From: Octopus vulgaris
Taxonomy: Eukaryota
DNA: 64,000 nt
Direction: 5' to 3'
Assembly (NCBI GenBank): GCA_951406725.2
Contig: OX597831.1
Span: 7,626,001 to 7,690,000, forward strand
Part shown: positions 37,485 through 49,480 of the stretch, piece by piece
Layout: each line of letters opens with the position of its first letter
Numbering within the stretch: the first letter of the stretch is position 1
Notes under the pieces: model-generated
What the model saw: only the letters and a program-made list of their open reading frames with translations
Databases searched by the model: none
What the model was told of the DNA's origin: nothing
Made by a program: the position numbers and the translations under genes

Positions 37485-39553
37485 ATAGTTTTATCTTGTA
37501 TCTTTCATTTGTTTCAGTCATTGGGCTGTGGCCATGCTGGGGCAGCCCCTCAAAAGGCTTAGTGAAACAAATCAACCCCAGCCTTTATTTTTCAAACTCT
37601 GATACTTATTTTATTAGTTTCTTTTGTTGAACCAGAGTTATGGGAATGTAAACAAACTAACATCGTTGTCAAGTGATGGTAGAAGGACAAACACAAACAT
37701 ACATTCAAATACATATATATACAACAAGCTTCCACACAGTTTCTGTCTACCAAATTCACGAGGTATTGGTCAGCCTAAGTCTATAGTGGAAGACACTTAT
37801 CCAAAATGCCATGCAGTGGAACTGAACCTAAACGACATCGTTGCAAAGTGAACGTGTAACATAGTGTTTTTTTGTTTTTTTTTAATGTGAAAGAGATTAG
37901 ACCCTACCTGGTTGGTGGGGGGAGGGGAATGGCATGGTCAAAGACAGAATGGTTTTCATCAGAGGATTGCTTGATCAGGGCTGACACCAAAGAGGTTTAA
38001 CAACAACAACTTAGAACAACGTAGAGGAACAAACCAAATATTTCAAATCACTCAACTGTTTCTGCCAAATTATCACCTTTCTCTCGTTAATATTGATTTC
38101 TTACTTTCAGAACAAGGCCATAAATTTAGCAGCAAAGGAAGAGACAAAATTTTATGACATTCATGCTCTCCCTCAGACCATTATTGGTTTAAGTGCAGTG
38201 AAATAGTTATGTCTAGAACCAGAGGTCATAAATGGTTCTTTTATTAAGACTGATTGCTTTTTTTTTACTTTCTTTCTTTTTTTGCTTTGTTTTGTTTATT
38301 TTGGACAAGGCACAAAGCCAATTTTAAATAGGAATTGGTATAGTTCTCTGAGAGGTATAGCTTGAGAGATGGTTTACCACGAACAAGCCTAATGTTTTTA
38401 CGATTATTATTAATAAGAGAAAATTAAGTAACAAATTTAGAAGAAGAAATTATCTCTTTCCCACTTTCCAAGGTGAACTGGTTTTATTCCTTCCCATTTG
38501 TCCATATTTGTTTGATTCTTAATAGCATATAATTTCACTGTTTTCCCCTTTGTTTTTGTAGATAATGTCTGACAGGTGGCAACTGGTAAAAGAGACAACA
38601 AAACAAAAAAGAAAAGAAAATGGCCCCTATTTGTTAGGCTGAAGTCTAGTGCCTGACCTTTCAAGTAGCTATTATCACAGACACAATGAAGGCATTAATC
38701 TTTTCATTTCTCTTTAAATGTAATTATAGAAAATTAGTTAATTAGCCATCTTGTCGTATCCATTATGAAGATTGGATTATTAAAAGTTCAACATCTGCAG
38801 TATTTTTGTTGTATTACAGGGGCGAGTTAATATTGAAAAGCCAAATCGATCAGAGCTATGAAGAAGATAAGAAGGTAAATGGGGTAAAACCAGATCAAAT
38901 GTTGAAGGAATTAAGAGATTAAACTAGACTGTCTTATGTATATATCTAAAGAAGAATCACCAATGTTTCTACGAGCACAATGGAGAAAAAAAATCAATGA
39001 GAAAATCAATCAAAAGTTTTGTCATGTAGCACAGCCTTTACAGACATGGCTATTCTTCTTGTTAAGTGTTTCCTTAATGAATATCTAAATGTGTTTCCAG
39101 GTATTTAATTAGAGGCAAATAAAACCTATTAATATATTTCAGTGAAATCAAACAATCAGAAAACTATGTAAATACAATTAGGACTCTGTCTGGGAGTGCA
39201 CAGAAGTGAGTCTGTTTTTAAGTGTGAATATGCAAATAGCAGAAACGCAAGTGTGCAGCGTTCCTTTCTTAAGACCAATGTAACAAGTGACACAAGTTTA
39301 ACAAAGTGGAAAACAACGAATCACAAGACATTACAAGATTAATTGTTGATTTCTGTTGACAGCTTTCAAAAATGGCTATACAGAGTCAAATCAACCCTGC
39401 TATATTACAGGTACTTATTTTATTAATTAGAATGACTGAAAAGCCCAGAAAGAAAAAGAGAAAGAGATTTCAACTCAGATCTGCAGAAAAATGAAACTAA
39501 TTATGATGCTTTTAGTCTACCATACTACATTGTCTACTACCTTATTAGTATAC

Positions 39554-39761
39554 CTATTTCTTTACTACCCACAAGGGGCTAAACACAGAGGGGACAAACA
39601 AGGACAGACAAATGGATTAAGTCGATTACATCGACCCCAGTTCGTAACAGGTACTTATTTAATCGACCCCAAAAGGATGAATTTGAACTCAGAACGTAGC
39701 GGCAGACGAAATACTAAGCATTTCGCCCGGCGTGCTAACAATTCTGCCAGCTCGCCTCCTT
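39554..39761 (-). mobile_element. Family A SINE with an internal deletion
   Basis: 19-bp TSD tactaccttattagtatac at 39535-39553 and 39780-39798. Confidence 0.88.
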
Positions 39762-40028
39762 ATAGTATACTGTACAGTATACTACCTTATTAGTATACTG
39801 TTAAGATTAACTTCAGATCCCTCAATTTGGAGTGTAGTATGGTGAATCAAATGGACAAAGCTCATTTGTTTTACATCTGTTCTCCATGCTAGCATGGGTT
39901 AGAAGATTACATGAATTGTTTATACATATATAGATAAGACAGAGTATAGTTTAATCTCCTAATACCTTCAAGATTTCATCTAGTTTTACTCCATTTAGCT
40001 TCTTATCTTACTCATAACTATGATTGAA

Positions 40029-40163
40029 AGAGCAGGTAAGAAGGTATCAGAGCAGGTAAGAAGGTACAGGTGCAGGTAAGAATGTATTGGAGCAGGTAAG
40101 AAGGTACTGGAGCAGGTAAGAAGGTATTGGAGCAGGTATGAAGGTATTGCAGCACGTAAGAAA
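40029..40163. repeat. 20-bp minisatellite, about 7 units (ggagcaggtaagaaggtatt), fused to a SINE head
   Basis: Directly visible. The last unit runs into the SINE sequence gtaagaaagcttacttcctaac...ggttcagtcc. Confidence 0.93.
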
Positions 40164-40375
40164 GCTTACTTCCTAACAATGTGGTTTCAGGTTCAGTCCT
40201 ACGACACAGCATCTTCAACAAGTGCCTTCTACTATATATAACCTGAGGCTATATATAGTATATATATATATATATATAATCTGAGGCTGACCAAAGCCTT
40301 GTGAGTGGATTTAGCAGACACAAACTGAAAGCAGTCCATTCTACACACACGCATATACATGTATGTATCTATGTA

Positions 40376-40440
<65 letters not shown>

Positions 40441-40555
40441 ACGTATGTATGTATACCATCAGTGTTTGATGCCCACTCTTCCATGTTTTTGTGAATTGGA
40501 CAGAATTTTTTTAAAGAAGATTTTCTGTAGCCAGATGCATAGATAATTACAATTA

Positions 40556-40717
40556 CCACATTTTAACATGTATAAGGAACCCTCTAATTTTGAAGGCTCA
40601 GAATTTGGAAAAACGGTTTTGTAAGGGATTATAATACTATCCATATATAAGAAACTCCCATATTTCTTTAAGCTAATTTTTGACAAAAAAGGGTTCCTTA
40701 TACATGTTAAAATACGG
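40556..40717. mobile_element. Tc1/mariner (Tc2/pogo-like) MITE, 162 bp
   Basis: 27-bp TIRs ccacattttaacatgtataaggaaccc and gggttccttatacatgttaaaatacgg with 2 mismatches. TA on both sides. Confidence 0.9.
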
Positions 40718-41163
40718 TAATCAAAGCTCTTTAAGTCACTATCTTATATTTGTGAGAGCCTACCGTATATGTATTTAGTATGTAGAATGCTCTCCTTTTG
40801 CTCAGCTGTTTCCACAACCACAGGACTACAAAGCCAAACTTCCTAATTGTACAACCCTGAGTAAGTATACTCTCTCTCATATGATGACACAAACACAGTC
40901 AATTTATTCTGTAGAGCACCATAAATTTCCTCAGTTGAACTTGTCATTGGCTTTTGGTTTTGGTTCTGATTATGAATTGCTTTTGGTTACATATGTGTGC
41001 AACAGCCCACTTTACACCCAACCCTTTCTGATTAGGGCATCCATCATCAGATAAATACCTTCCTTGGTCATGAAGGGACATGACACCTAGCATAGGATCT
41101 AACAAATCTAAGGGAAGCTTTACAGGTGAAATATTATAAGAAGAAAAAAATCTGAACTCTTAC

Positions 41164-41326
41164 TTTTGTCCCAGAAGTGAACGCTTGAGACTAGTTTTAC
41201 CAACTCTGTCTTTACCGACCAACATAAGCCGTGTACGATAGACAGCCTCACTTCCTGAACAGCAGGCCTTCTCATAGGCTTTGATAGCAGCCTCCCCTCG
41301 GACAAAGATTTCCTTAGGAGTATCAT
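41164..41326 (-). CDS. Coding exon 2: pre-ROC helix and ROC G1 P-loop
   Basis: Acceptor ttatattttag, donor GTAAGA, 163 nt, phase 1 to 2. Reads DDTPKEIFVRGEAAIKAYEKACCSGSEAVYRTRLMLVGKDRVGKTSLKRSLLGQ. GxxxxGKTS P-loop at 41190-41216. This frame is not shown in the ORF track. Confidence 0.93.
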
Positions 41327-42244
41327 CTAAAATATAATCATAGAAACAAAAATTAGAAGATTACAGAAATCTCAGTCAAAACAGTTGTACAAAACATACC
41401 CAGCAACACAAAAACCACCACTGCTACCATTTCCAAATCGCAGTGATTCAGAAGATTGCTTTCCAACCGTGTGGCTTCCAGTTCAGTTCCACTTTTTGGC
41501 ACCTTGGGCATATGTCTTCTACTATAGCCCCAGATCAATCAATGCTTTGTGAGTGAATTTGGCAGACAGAAAGTATGTGAAAGCCTATTATACGTGTGTG
41601 TGTGTGTGGAGGGGTCTTTGTGTTTGTCTTACTACCACATGACAACTGGTGTTGGTTTGTTTATATCCCAATGACTCAGCAGTTTAACAGGAACCCAACA
41701 GAATAAGTACCAGATTCCAAAAATAAGTACTGAAATTGATTTGTTCAATGAAACCCTTAAAGGCAGTGCTCCAGGATGGCCAGTCTAATGACTGAAACAA
41801 GTAAAAGATAAAAGAATAAAAGGGCCTGGTACTTAATTCTGGTCTTCAATAATATTTAGTAGATGAGAGATGAACAACCTCCTGAAGAGCAACATGGTCT
41901 GTTGTAACTAGTTTTTTCCTATCAGAAGGAATTAAACATAACATGTCAAAGCAACAAAATACACATCAATTTCAAAGTTCTTTGCCAACAGCAATGAAAC
42001 ATATCATTCATTGCACTGCTATACTCATGGTCATTGACAGTTAAGTATGTCTCCCTATGTCACAATGCAATATTAAAACGACAAACACTGAAATCAGATC
42101 CTTCCAAAGAAATATTTCTTTGTCCATTTTAGTATTGGTTTAACCGTCACCAGTTGAATACTACTTTCTCTTCACCTATTCTGAACTTCTGTAATAATTT
42201 CTTGATGTAAATCCCTCAGTCATATCCTATACATTTCTCCTACT

Positions 42245-42551
42245 GTTGTTGTTTGTTCCTTCTCGAGCCATACCTGGCTCATAAGGGCCAGTTTCCAGGT
42301 TTCCTTGGCGTATAGGTTCCACACCTGGACGGGACGCCAGTCCGTCGCAAGTGAGCTGCAAGATGCAGGAGGAAAGAGTGAGAGAAAGTTGTGGCGAAAG
42401 AGTCAGCAGAAGTTCGCCATTACCTTCTGCCAGAGCCACATGGAGCTTAGATGTTTTCGCTCATAAACACACACATCACCCGGTCTGAGATTCGAACTTG
42501 CGATCCCTCAACCGTGAGTCTGCTGCTCTAACCACTAGGCCATGTGCCTAC
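42245..42551 (-). mobile_element. tRNA-derived SINE (H1-type head and core, tail T3 with a V-SINE-like motif)
   Basis: Shared core gagtgagagaaagttgtggcgaaagag on the plus strand. The 3' part contains gcgacggactggcgtcccgtccagg. (CAA)n tail. Confidence 0.75.
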
Positions 42552-43202
42552 TAGTTGAGATAGGACTGACAAGATATGATACTAAACTAAACCTTATTTG
42601 CCATTTATTCTATGACCTTGTATTTTTTCAAGGCCTCCCAGGCTGATGGAAAGAAGAGACAAAGTTATCCTCAAACTGGTTCAAATGCTTGCAACGGAAT
42701 GAGGTCTGCTTACAGATCCAACAACCAATACAAAACAACTACAAGTTTTTTTGTTGTGTTCCTACAAAAGATGGTCTATCTGTAACTTTAACACACCAAA
42801 ATGATCTGAAGAGCAATGATCATCAGATCATCGGAAAAGTTACCCTAAATGTAGAACAGTTTTTTTTACAGGGGAAGAATTTTGACTTTTATCTGCTTAA
42901 CCCTATAAAACTAGACCCAAATAATGGTTCTTAAAAACTTAGCAGAGGAGGCTGAACCATTGAGGGGAGGGGGACAACAAGATAGCTGAGACAGCAAGGA
43001 GGATCTATAAGCCAGTGGTTGAATCAAGCCTTGGGGGGGCTATGTGACCCAATAGCTGAGCCACAAGCTGGCAGGGGAGTTTCTATGTGCTGACAAATTG
43101 TACCGAAAACAGCAGCAAAATCTTCATAAAGACAAGCAAACTGAATATGGCCCCAGATATAGTAAATCTGAACATAAAGTATGAGGTAGTTGAGGCTGAA
43201 AT

Positions 43203-43425
43203 TGTTTCTTTATTGCCCACAAGGGGCTAAACATAGAGGGGACAAACAAGGACAGACAAAGAGATTAAGTCGAATACATCGACCCCAATGCGTAACTGGT
43301 ACTTAATTTATCGACCCCGAAAGGATGAAAGGCAAAGTTGACCTCGGCGGAATTTGAACTCAGAACGTAACGGCAGACGAAATATGGCTACGCATTTCGC
43401 CCGGCGTGCTAACGTTTCTGCCAGT
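43203..43425 (-). mobile_element. Family A SINE
   Basis: Homologous to 31250-31489 and flanked by a ggctgaaat duplication. A further copy at about 47166-47395 is nested in another SINE with a ttcctaacc duplication. Confidence 0.85.
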
Positions 43426-45899
43426 GGCTGAAATGCTTTTGACTGTAATCTGCTCAATCAAGGCAGGTCTGGAGATTAAACAAATATGGACAAGTGGACA
43501 GTAAATGATGATGATGATGATGGTGATATATATCTGGAGAGAGAGAAACACACACAGACAGACGTTTGTTTTCATTAACTACGGATAATATTTTCTAAAC
43601 CTGTGATAACATAATCTCAATATGTTGTACATACAGTAGTGTGAAACGACTATCAGGCTGGCAACCAGATCAGCAGCTGTACAAAATAAATACATTGGCA
43701 TCAGCAGTGGCTGCGGCAAGGCCATCACCATCATCATCATCACCATCATCACCATCATCATCACCATCATCACCATCATCATCACCATCATCACCATCAT
43801 CATCACCATCATCACCATCATCATCCTCATCATCCTTCTATGATAAAGGCAAGTTCTTCACTGAGCCAAGAGAAGGTTCTCCTCTTGTTACTCTCTTTCA
43901 CCAGCCTTCAACACTAATCTATTTCAGTGTTTCCTACTTTTTGCCATTTTTGTCACTATTTCACACCAGACCAGTCTAGATCAGGCAGGTCTATGATCAA
44001 AGATATTATCATTGCAATTTCACATAATATGGAAGACTATATTATCAGATGTGCCTTCCTTTACTTTCCCCTTTTTTTTCTCAAGTGTGATTTGGCTGCT
44101 ATTTCTAGCATGCTGAGTGACTACATAAAGACTCTATCATTTAGCTTGATTTGGTAAAAAGATGAGAGGCCAGTATTTATTACTCTGGACTTTTTATCAG
44201 GGTAATCCTTTGTTAATGGTAAACAAAATATTAACGATCTAACCTCTATAATTAATAAGACCAAAATTTTAAAATTTTTGGTTTTACAAACTTTACTGAC
44301 AATTATGCTTGTAAATCAAATCGATGATAAATTAGATTTTTAGAACATCCAGGTGAAAAACAAGTAATTTCTTGAAAAGAATATTTAGATTAACTTGAGC
44401 AATTAAATTTTAAAGAAAATAAATTAAACTAAGAGGCAATATTAAAATTATTTGTTTTTTCATAATTGCTTTGCTAAAGACACACAGATTATTTTATCGT
44501 TTAACAATTCACCGGAAGTTGCAGGTTAAAAAAAAAAAAAGAATTTAAATTATTAGTTTTATTGAAAACAAATTTTCAAAGAAGAGATTGGATTAAAGAA
44601 CTGATTTCATCATAATGAATTAATGATTAATTAAGCAATGATGTTAACCTGTTGAGTCACTGGGATATCACGAACAATTTGTTCATTAAAGTTTATCTAA
44701 AGCAAAACAGCTGGCGGAACCCAGCATTTCCACCAAGCTTTACTCATAGCAACATTTGAGCAATACTTTAAAAAAATATAGGAAATAATTAACAAATTAA
44801 CGAAATCATATTAGCGCAAACTTAAGGAAACAGTTGCAACACTGACTGCCATCATTGTTATCCTCACCACCACTAATATTGAAGTTGAGGGAACTCCTTT
44901 TCTAGAAGAATAATTCTAATACAATCTGCTAGAAGTAAGAGCTAAATCTCTCTCAAATCACATCCTATTGTCTTTAACATCTTTAAAGAAGGAAAAACAT
45001 TGGAAAATGTAGTCGAAAATATGGCATATCTGCAAATTGGAAAACAAGATGGCTATAAACTAGAATGCCTTGAATAACAGGTCTGCACCATAAAGACTGA
45101 CCCAGGCTAAACACAAACAACAACCCCTTGCTTGTCAACCAGCCACTTCTCCACCCTACCACCGCCACTGCTCTCATCACCAGTTTTATGCCTATTTACA
45201 AATCTAGCTGGATAAATCTACCCTTAATAGCATCTCTTCTCCACTTATCTTCATTCTGTGTAATCTCTTTGCTGGGCAGACAACCTACCAATATACAGCA
45301 TCATATAGGGAGAGTTTACGCAAAAAACAAAAGACAAAGACAGGTGGTGTACAAAACAAACAGATGTATTAGTATAACACTCAGGAATAGAAAAAGTCCT
45401 TTACATTTCGAGCCGACGCTCTTCTACAGAAAGAGACACAGAAAAAAAAAACAAGGGGAGAAAAAAATGTGTGTAGTGGCTAACGATCTATCATACAAAC
45501 ATCACTCCATGCCTAGCTCTCTCTACATCATCTGCTTATTCTGTCCACGGGTCACTGAGATACAGCCTCATACATGGTGCACAGGCTTAATCCTGTAATG
45601 CCTAAATTATCAATATACAGATAAAAACAAATTATTTGTTGGTGTTTTGCAATTTATTTAAGGGTATGGAGTATGATTGATGTAAAACATTGAATTTTAT
45701 TTCAGATGTACATATATAAATTCTTCAACTGGTGAATAATTTCATACCAACACTGACCAAATATTACAATTGTTTGCATGCAATAATGTTGTTCAACTGC
45801 AAATAATTATTACAAACTATCAATTTTGTTGTTTTCTTCCAATAAGAGTATACTACTTGAAGCAGCAAAAATTAACAATATGCATTTTAAGATTAATAA

Positions 45900-46278
45900 C
45901 TAGACCCGTTGAGGCAAGTGAAATCGAAATCGGTCAAAAATCAATGGAAATTGCAGTTGTGATACCAGTGCCAGTGGCACGTTAAAGAACCCTCCGAACG
46001 TGGCCGTTGCCAGCGCCACCTCGACTGGCCTCCATGCCAGTGGCACGTAAAAAGCACAAACCGATTGTGGCCGTTGCTAGCCCCGCCTGGGCACCTGTGC
46101 TGATGGCATGTAAAAACACCCACTACACTTATGGAGTGGTTGGCGTTAGGAAGGGCATCCAGCTGTAGAAACACTGCCAGATCAGACTGGGTCTGGTGCA
46201 GCCTCCTGGTTTCCCAGACCCCAGTCGAACTGTCCAACCCATGCTAGCATGGAAAGTGGACGTTAAACAATGATGATG
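45900..46278 (+). mobile_element. RTE LINE 3' UTR fragment
   Basis: Reverse complement of the 10181-10545 segment, with a (GAT)n tail. Confidence 0.85.
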
Positions 46279-46494
46279 GCATTCACAGAGGAAAACATTT
46301 GGTTTCAAACAGAGACAAATAGTTCCAGCAATTTTCCCTGCTTCAGTTATATTCGCATTGCTTGCTCTTCCGGCTCCTAATTACAAAATATGTCACCCAG
46401 ATATCAGAGATTAATGTCAAGACACAGTGATATGAAAAATTCACGTCAGTATTAAATGCTTGCAGTGATGTGAAGTCTGCAAAAATACTTACTG

Positions 46495-46750
46495 GGTGGT
46501 GGTGATGATGATGATGGTGGTGGTGGTGGTGGTGATGGTGGTGGTGACAGTGGTAGCAGTGGTGGTAGCGAAGGTGGTGGTGGCGGTGGCAGTGATGGTG
46601 GTGGCAGTGATGGTGGTGGTGGTAGCGAAGGTGGTGGTGGCAGTGGCAGTGATGGTGGTGGTAGTGACGGTGGTAATGATGGTGATGGTGGTGGTGGTGG
46701 TAGTGATGGTGGTAGCAGTGATGGTGGTAGCAGTGATGGTGGTGGTGGTA
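46495..46750. repeat. (GGT/GAT/GCA)n cryptic trinucleotide repeat
   Basis: Directly visible. A similar (CAT/CAC)n tract lies at 43723-43835. Confidence 0.95.
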
Positions 46751-49011
46751 TTTAATCCCAAGATGCACTTAAGTAAACCTAACTTTAACCATTTACTTTT
46801 TACCTGTTTTAGTCCTGGACTGTGGCCATGCTGGCGCACCATCTAGAAGGGTTTAGCTGAACAAATTGTTCCTCAGCACTTTTTGTTTAAAATTTGGCAT
46901 TTATTCTACTGGTCTTCTTTGTTGGACTGCTAAATTAAGGGGACATAAACAAACCAACACCAGTTGTCAAGGGATGGTAGTGGAACAAACATAGACACAA
47001 AGATACATATGTACATATATATGACAGGCTTCCACACAGTTTCCATTTAACAAATTCACTCGCAAGGCATTGGTCACCCTAGGGCTATATAAAAGATATT
47101 TGCTCAAAGTGCCACACAATGGGACTGAACTCCAAGCTATGTGCTTGCAAAGACACTTCCTAACCTATTTCTTTACTGCCCACAAGGGGCTACACACAGA
47201 GGGGACAAACAAGGACAGACAAACGGATCAAGTTGATTATATCAACCCCAGTGCGTAACTGGTACTTAATTTATCGACCCCCAAAAAGATGAAAGGCATA
47301 GTCGACCTCGGCGGAATTTGAACTCAGAACGTAACGGCAGACGAAATACGGCTACGCATTTCGCCCGGTGTGCTAACGTTTCTGCCAGCTTGCCACTTTT
47401 CCTAACCACAAAGCCATACCTGTGCCTGACTTTCATTATAGGAGGCCTTCTAAATGTAACGAGGGTCCATAATTAATGCAGAGTTATTCAGTCGTTTCTG
47501 TATGGATGCAAAGTGATGAAAACGGAATTTTATGAAGATTCCATTTTGGGGAATGAAAGCATTTCAATTCCTTCATTTCGGTCAGTTCTATCTCCTGTAA
47601 TCATTGCATGTCTTAATGTTGGATATGCACAGAGTCCTAAACTAGATTTGAACTCGTAACCTTTGTTTATAAGCTCAGAGATACAATGTTCCTATCCACT
47701 GGACGTAGTGGACAGTGTTTTTATCCAAGTTGATGTTCCTAATTTGGAACTGAGTGCACATGTGCAGTGAAAGCGTGTGCTTAGTGCTAAGATGTTGAGC
47801 TCATGATCAGAAGGTTGTCGGTTCTATTCTTGCACTAAGCAACATTTCATGTCTTTGAGTAAGGTACTTCATTTTAAAGTACTCAGTAAAAAATGAGTAC
47901 CAATGAAGTGCTGGGATAGTCCTGGGACAAGGGTGGGAGAACTGTGACAGTGCCTATGTCTGTTCACATTGGCATAGATACATGAAACAAGAAGTGAAAA
48001 CATGATACACACTTCTACTAAGTGATGAATCCTCTGAGTAATGGCCAAAGCAATTAGTACACATCCAGGAGTAAGACACCTGAAGAGACAGGTGGAGACT
48101 GATTAAAATCTAGACTGAAAAATTGTTCATCTATAAAGATGAAGCAAATAATCTGAAAAAATTATAGAGGTTATTAAAAAGAGAGCATCTCAAGCATTTT
48201 GACATTTAAAGAAAACTTTCTGTATTTACCAGAATCTAAGACATGCATGAGATGCACCCCTATCTTTTCAAGAATATTTTGTGGAAAAAACAAATTTAGT
48301 AAGTTTTATAATACACACTTATTGAAAGATATTTTAAATTGGTTTTTCAGAGAAAATGTGTGATTCTGTGAATGTAAGTAAAATGTGACAATATACTGGA
48401 ATAAAATATGAAACCATGAATTTATCAGAAATACACTACGTTACAGGAGCACCATATTTCAACTTTGTCTTTTTTTCAGTTCAACTGTATGGTTGTTTAT
48501 GTTTTGGTCGAGAGAATTGCCATACAAGATGTAAAACTCTTATTTTTGGCTGTGATGTTTTGTGTAGCTATTATTGGCCATCAGGGGTGGCACATCCCCA
48601 CTACTATGACTTTGTTGTCATCCACCCACTGCAAATAGCCGACAAGCACATGGGAGTTTGGTAACATTTCTTTCATCTTTCTAAGGAAATTTTTCATTAA
48701 GATAATTAAAGAAATATTTCTTAAAGGCAAAAACCAGTCATTAAATAATGAAAGATATATATCAGGTATGGATTATGTATGCTGGGCAAGAAGGTATAAC
48801 GAGATGATGTGACTTACCTACATAACATCCAGCATACTGTAAACAATTTTTTGTTAGTTTGAGTTAACATTTTATGGTAATTTGGCTTGTTAACAATATT
48901 TTATCAGTTCTTCTGATACATTCAAAATAAAATTTTAAAAACCACACATTTTATAGGCCAATAAATATAGCAAATTTGTATTTGTGCAATCAGAAAATGA
49001 AAGTTAATTAC

Positions 49012-49480
49012 CTGTAATAACCAATTTGACAGCTGATGTATTTCCATAGAGGTCAAGCAGGAACCACAATTGGAGGTGTGTTGGAATTCCATTCAGCAGA
49101 ACACCAATGTAGTGATTGTTGACAAACAGTTGAAGCTCTCCCATGGAATTCACATAAAATGTTATGATGTGATAAGAAACAGCAAACTTTTCGTTCACTA
49201 AACGTGCCCAGTATCCTTCCTGTTTAACCAGATCAGGATAAAGGTAACGTGGTAATGTGTGCTGTTCAAGGAAACACTGTGGGTCATTGGATGTAACTCC
49301 TATTCGTAAGGCCCCTTTCCAAGTCGTAATGCAAGTCATCTGGAGAGAGATCCGAACACCAATTTTCAGAGGTTGGTCACCAAATACAATACCATCACAG
49401 AAGTGCTTTTCATCTCGGTTAGCGTGTAGCCGATTGTTGGACAAAGTGACAGCTGACCCATGCACATGATGAAATCGCAT
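49012..49480 (-). CDS. Coding exon 1 of the NHR-ROC-COR (Roco) gene: Neuralized homology repeat (NHR/NEUZ) domain
   Basis: ATG at 49480 in context gaccATGc. Translates MRFHHVHGSAVTLSNNRLHANRDEKHFCDGIVFGDQPL...WKGALRIGVTSNDP...LPRYLYPDL...YWAR...LWFLLDLYGNTSAVKL, matching the NHR hallmarks FHxxHG, FCxGIVF, WxGALRxGxTxxDP, LPxYxxPDL and LWxxxDxYG. Donor G|GTAATT at 49011, phase 1. A likely acceptor tttattgtag at 49585-49586 would add 5' UTR 49481-49584. Confidence 0.93.

Noticed and set aside
41120-41326. 68-aa ORF MILLRKS... in the track
   Set aside because: Wrong frame. The true exon 2 frame encodes the P-loop.
46343-46492. Adjacent GTAAGT donor and TTTTTGCAG acceptor with an open frame in intron 1
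   Set aside because: It borders a trinucleotide repeat, has a short pyrimidine tract and shows no conserved peptide. Probably chance.
3188-49480. Naming the gene LRRK, DAPK1, MFHAS1 or neuralized
   Set aside because: The architecture matches none of them: no LRR, ankyrin or kinase before ROC, and no second NHR or RING in the window.
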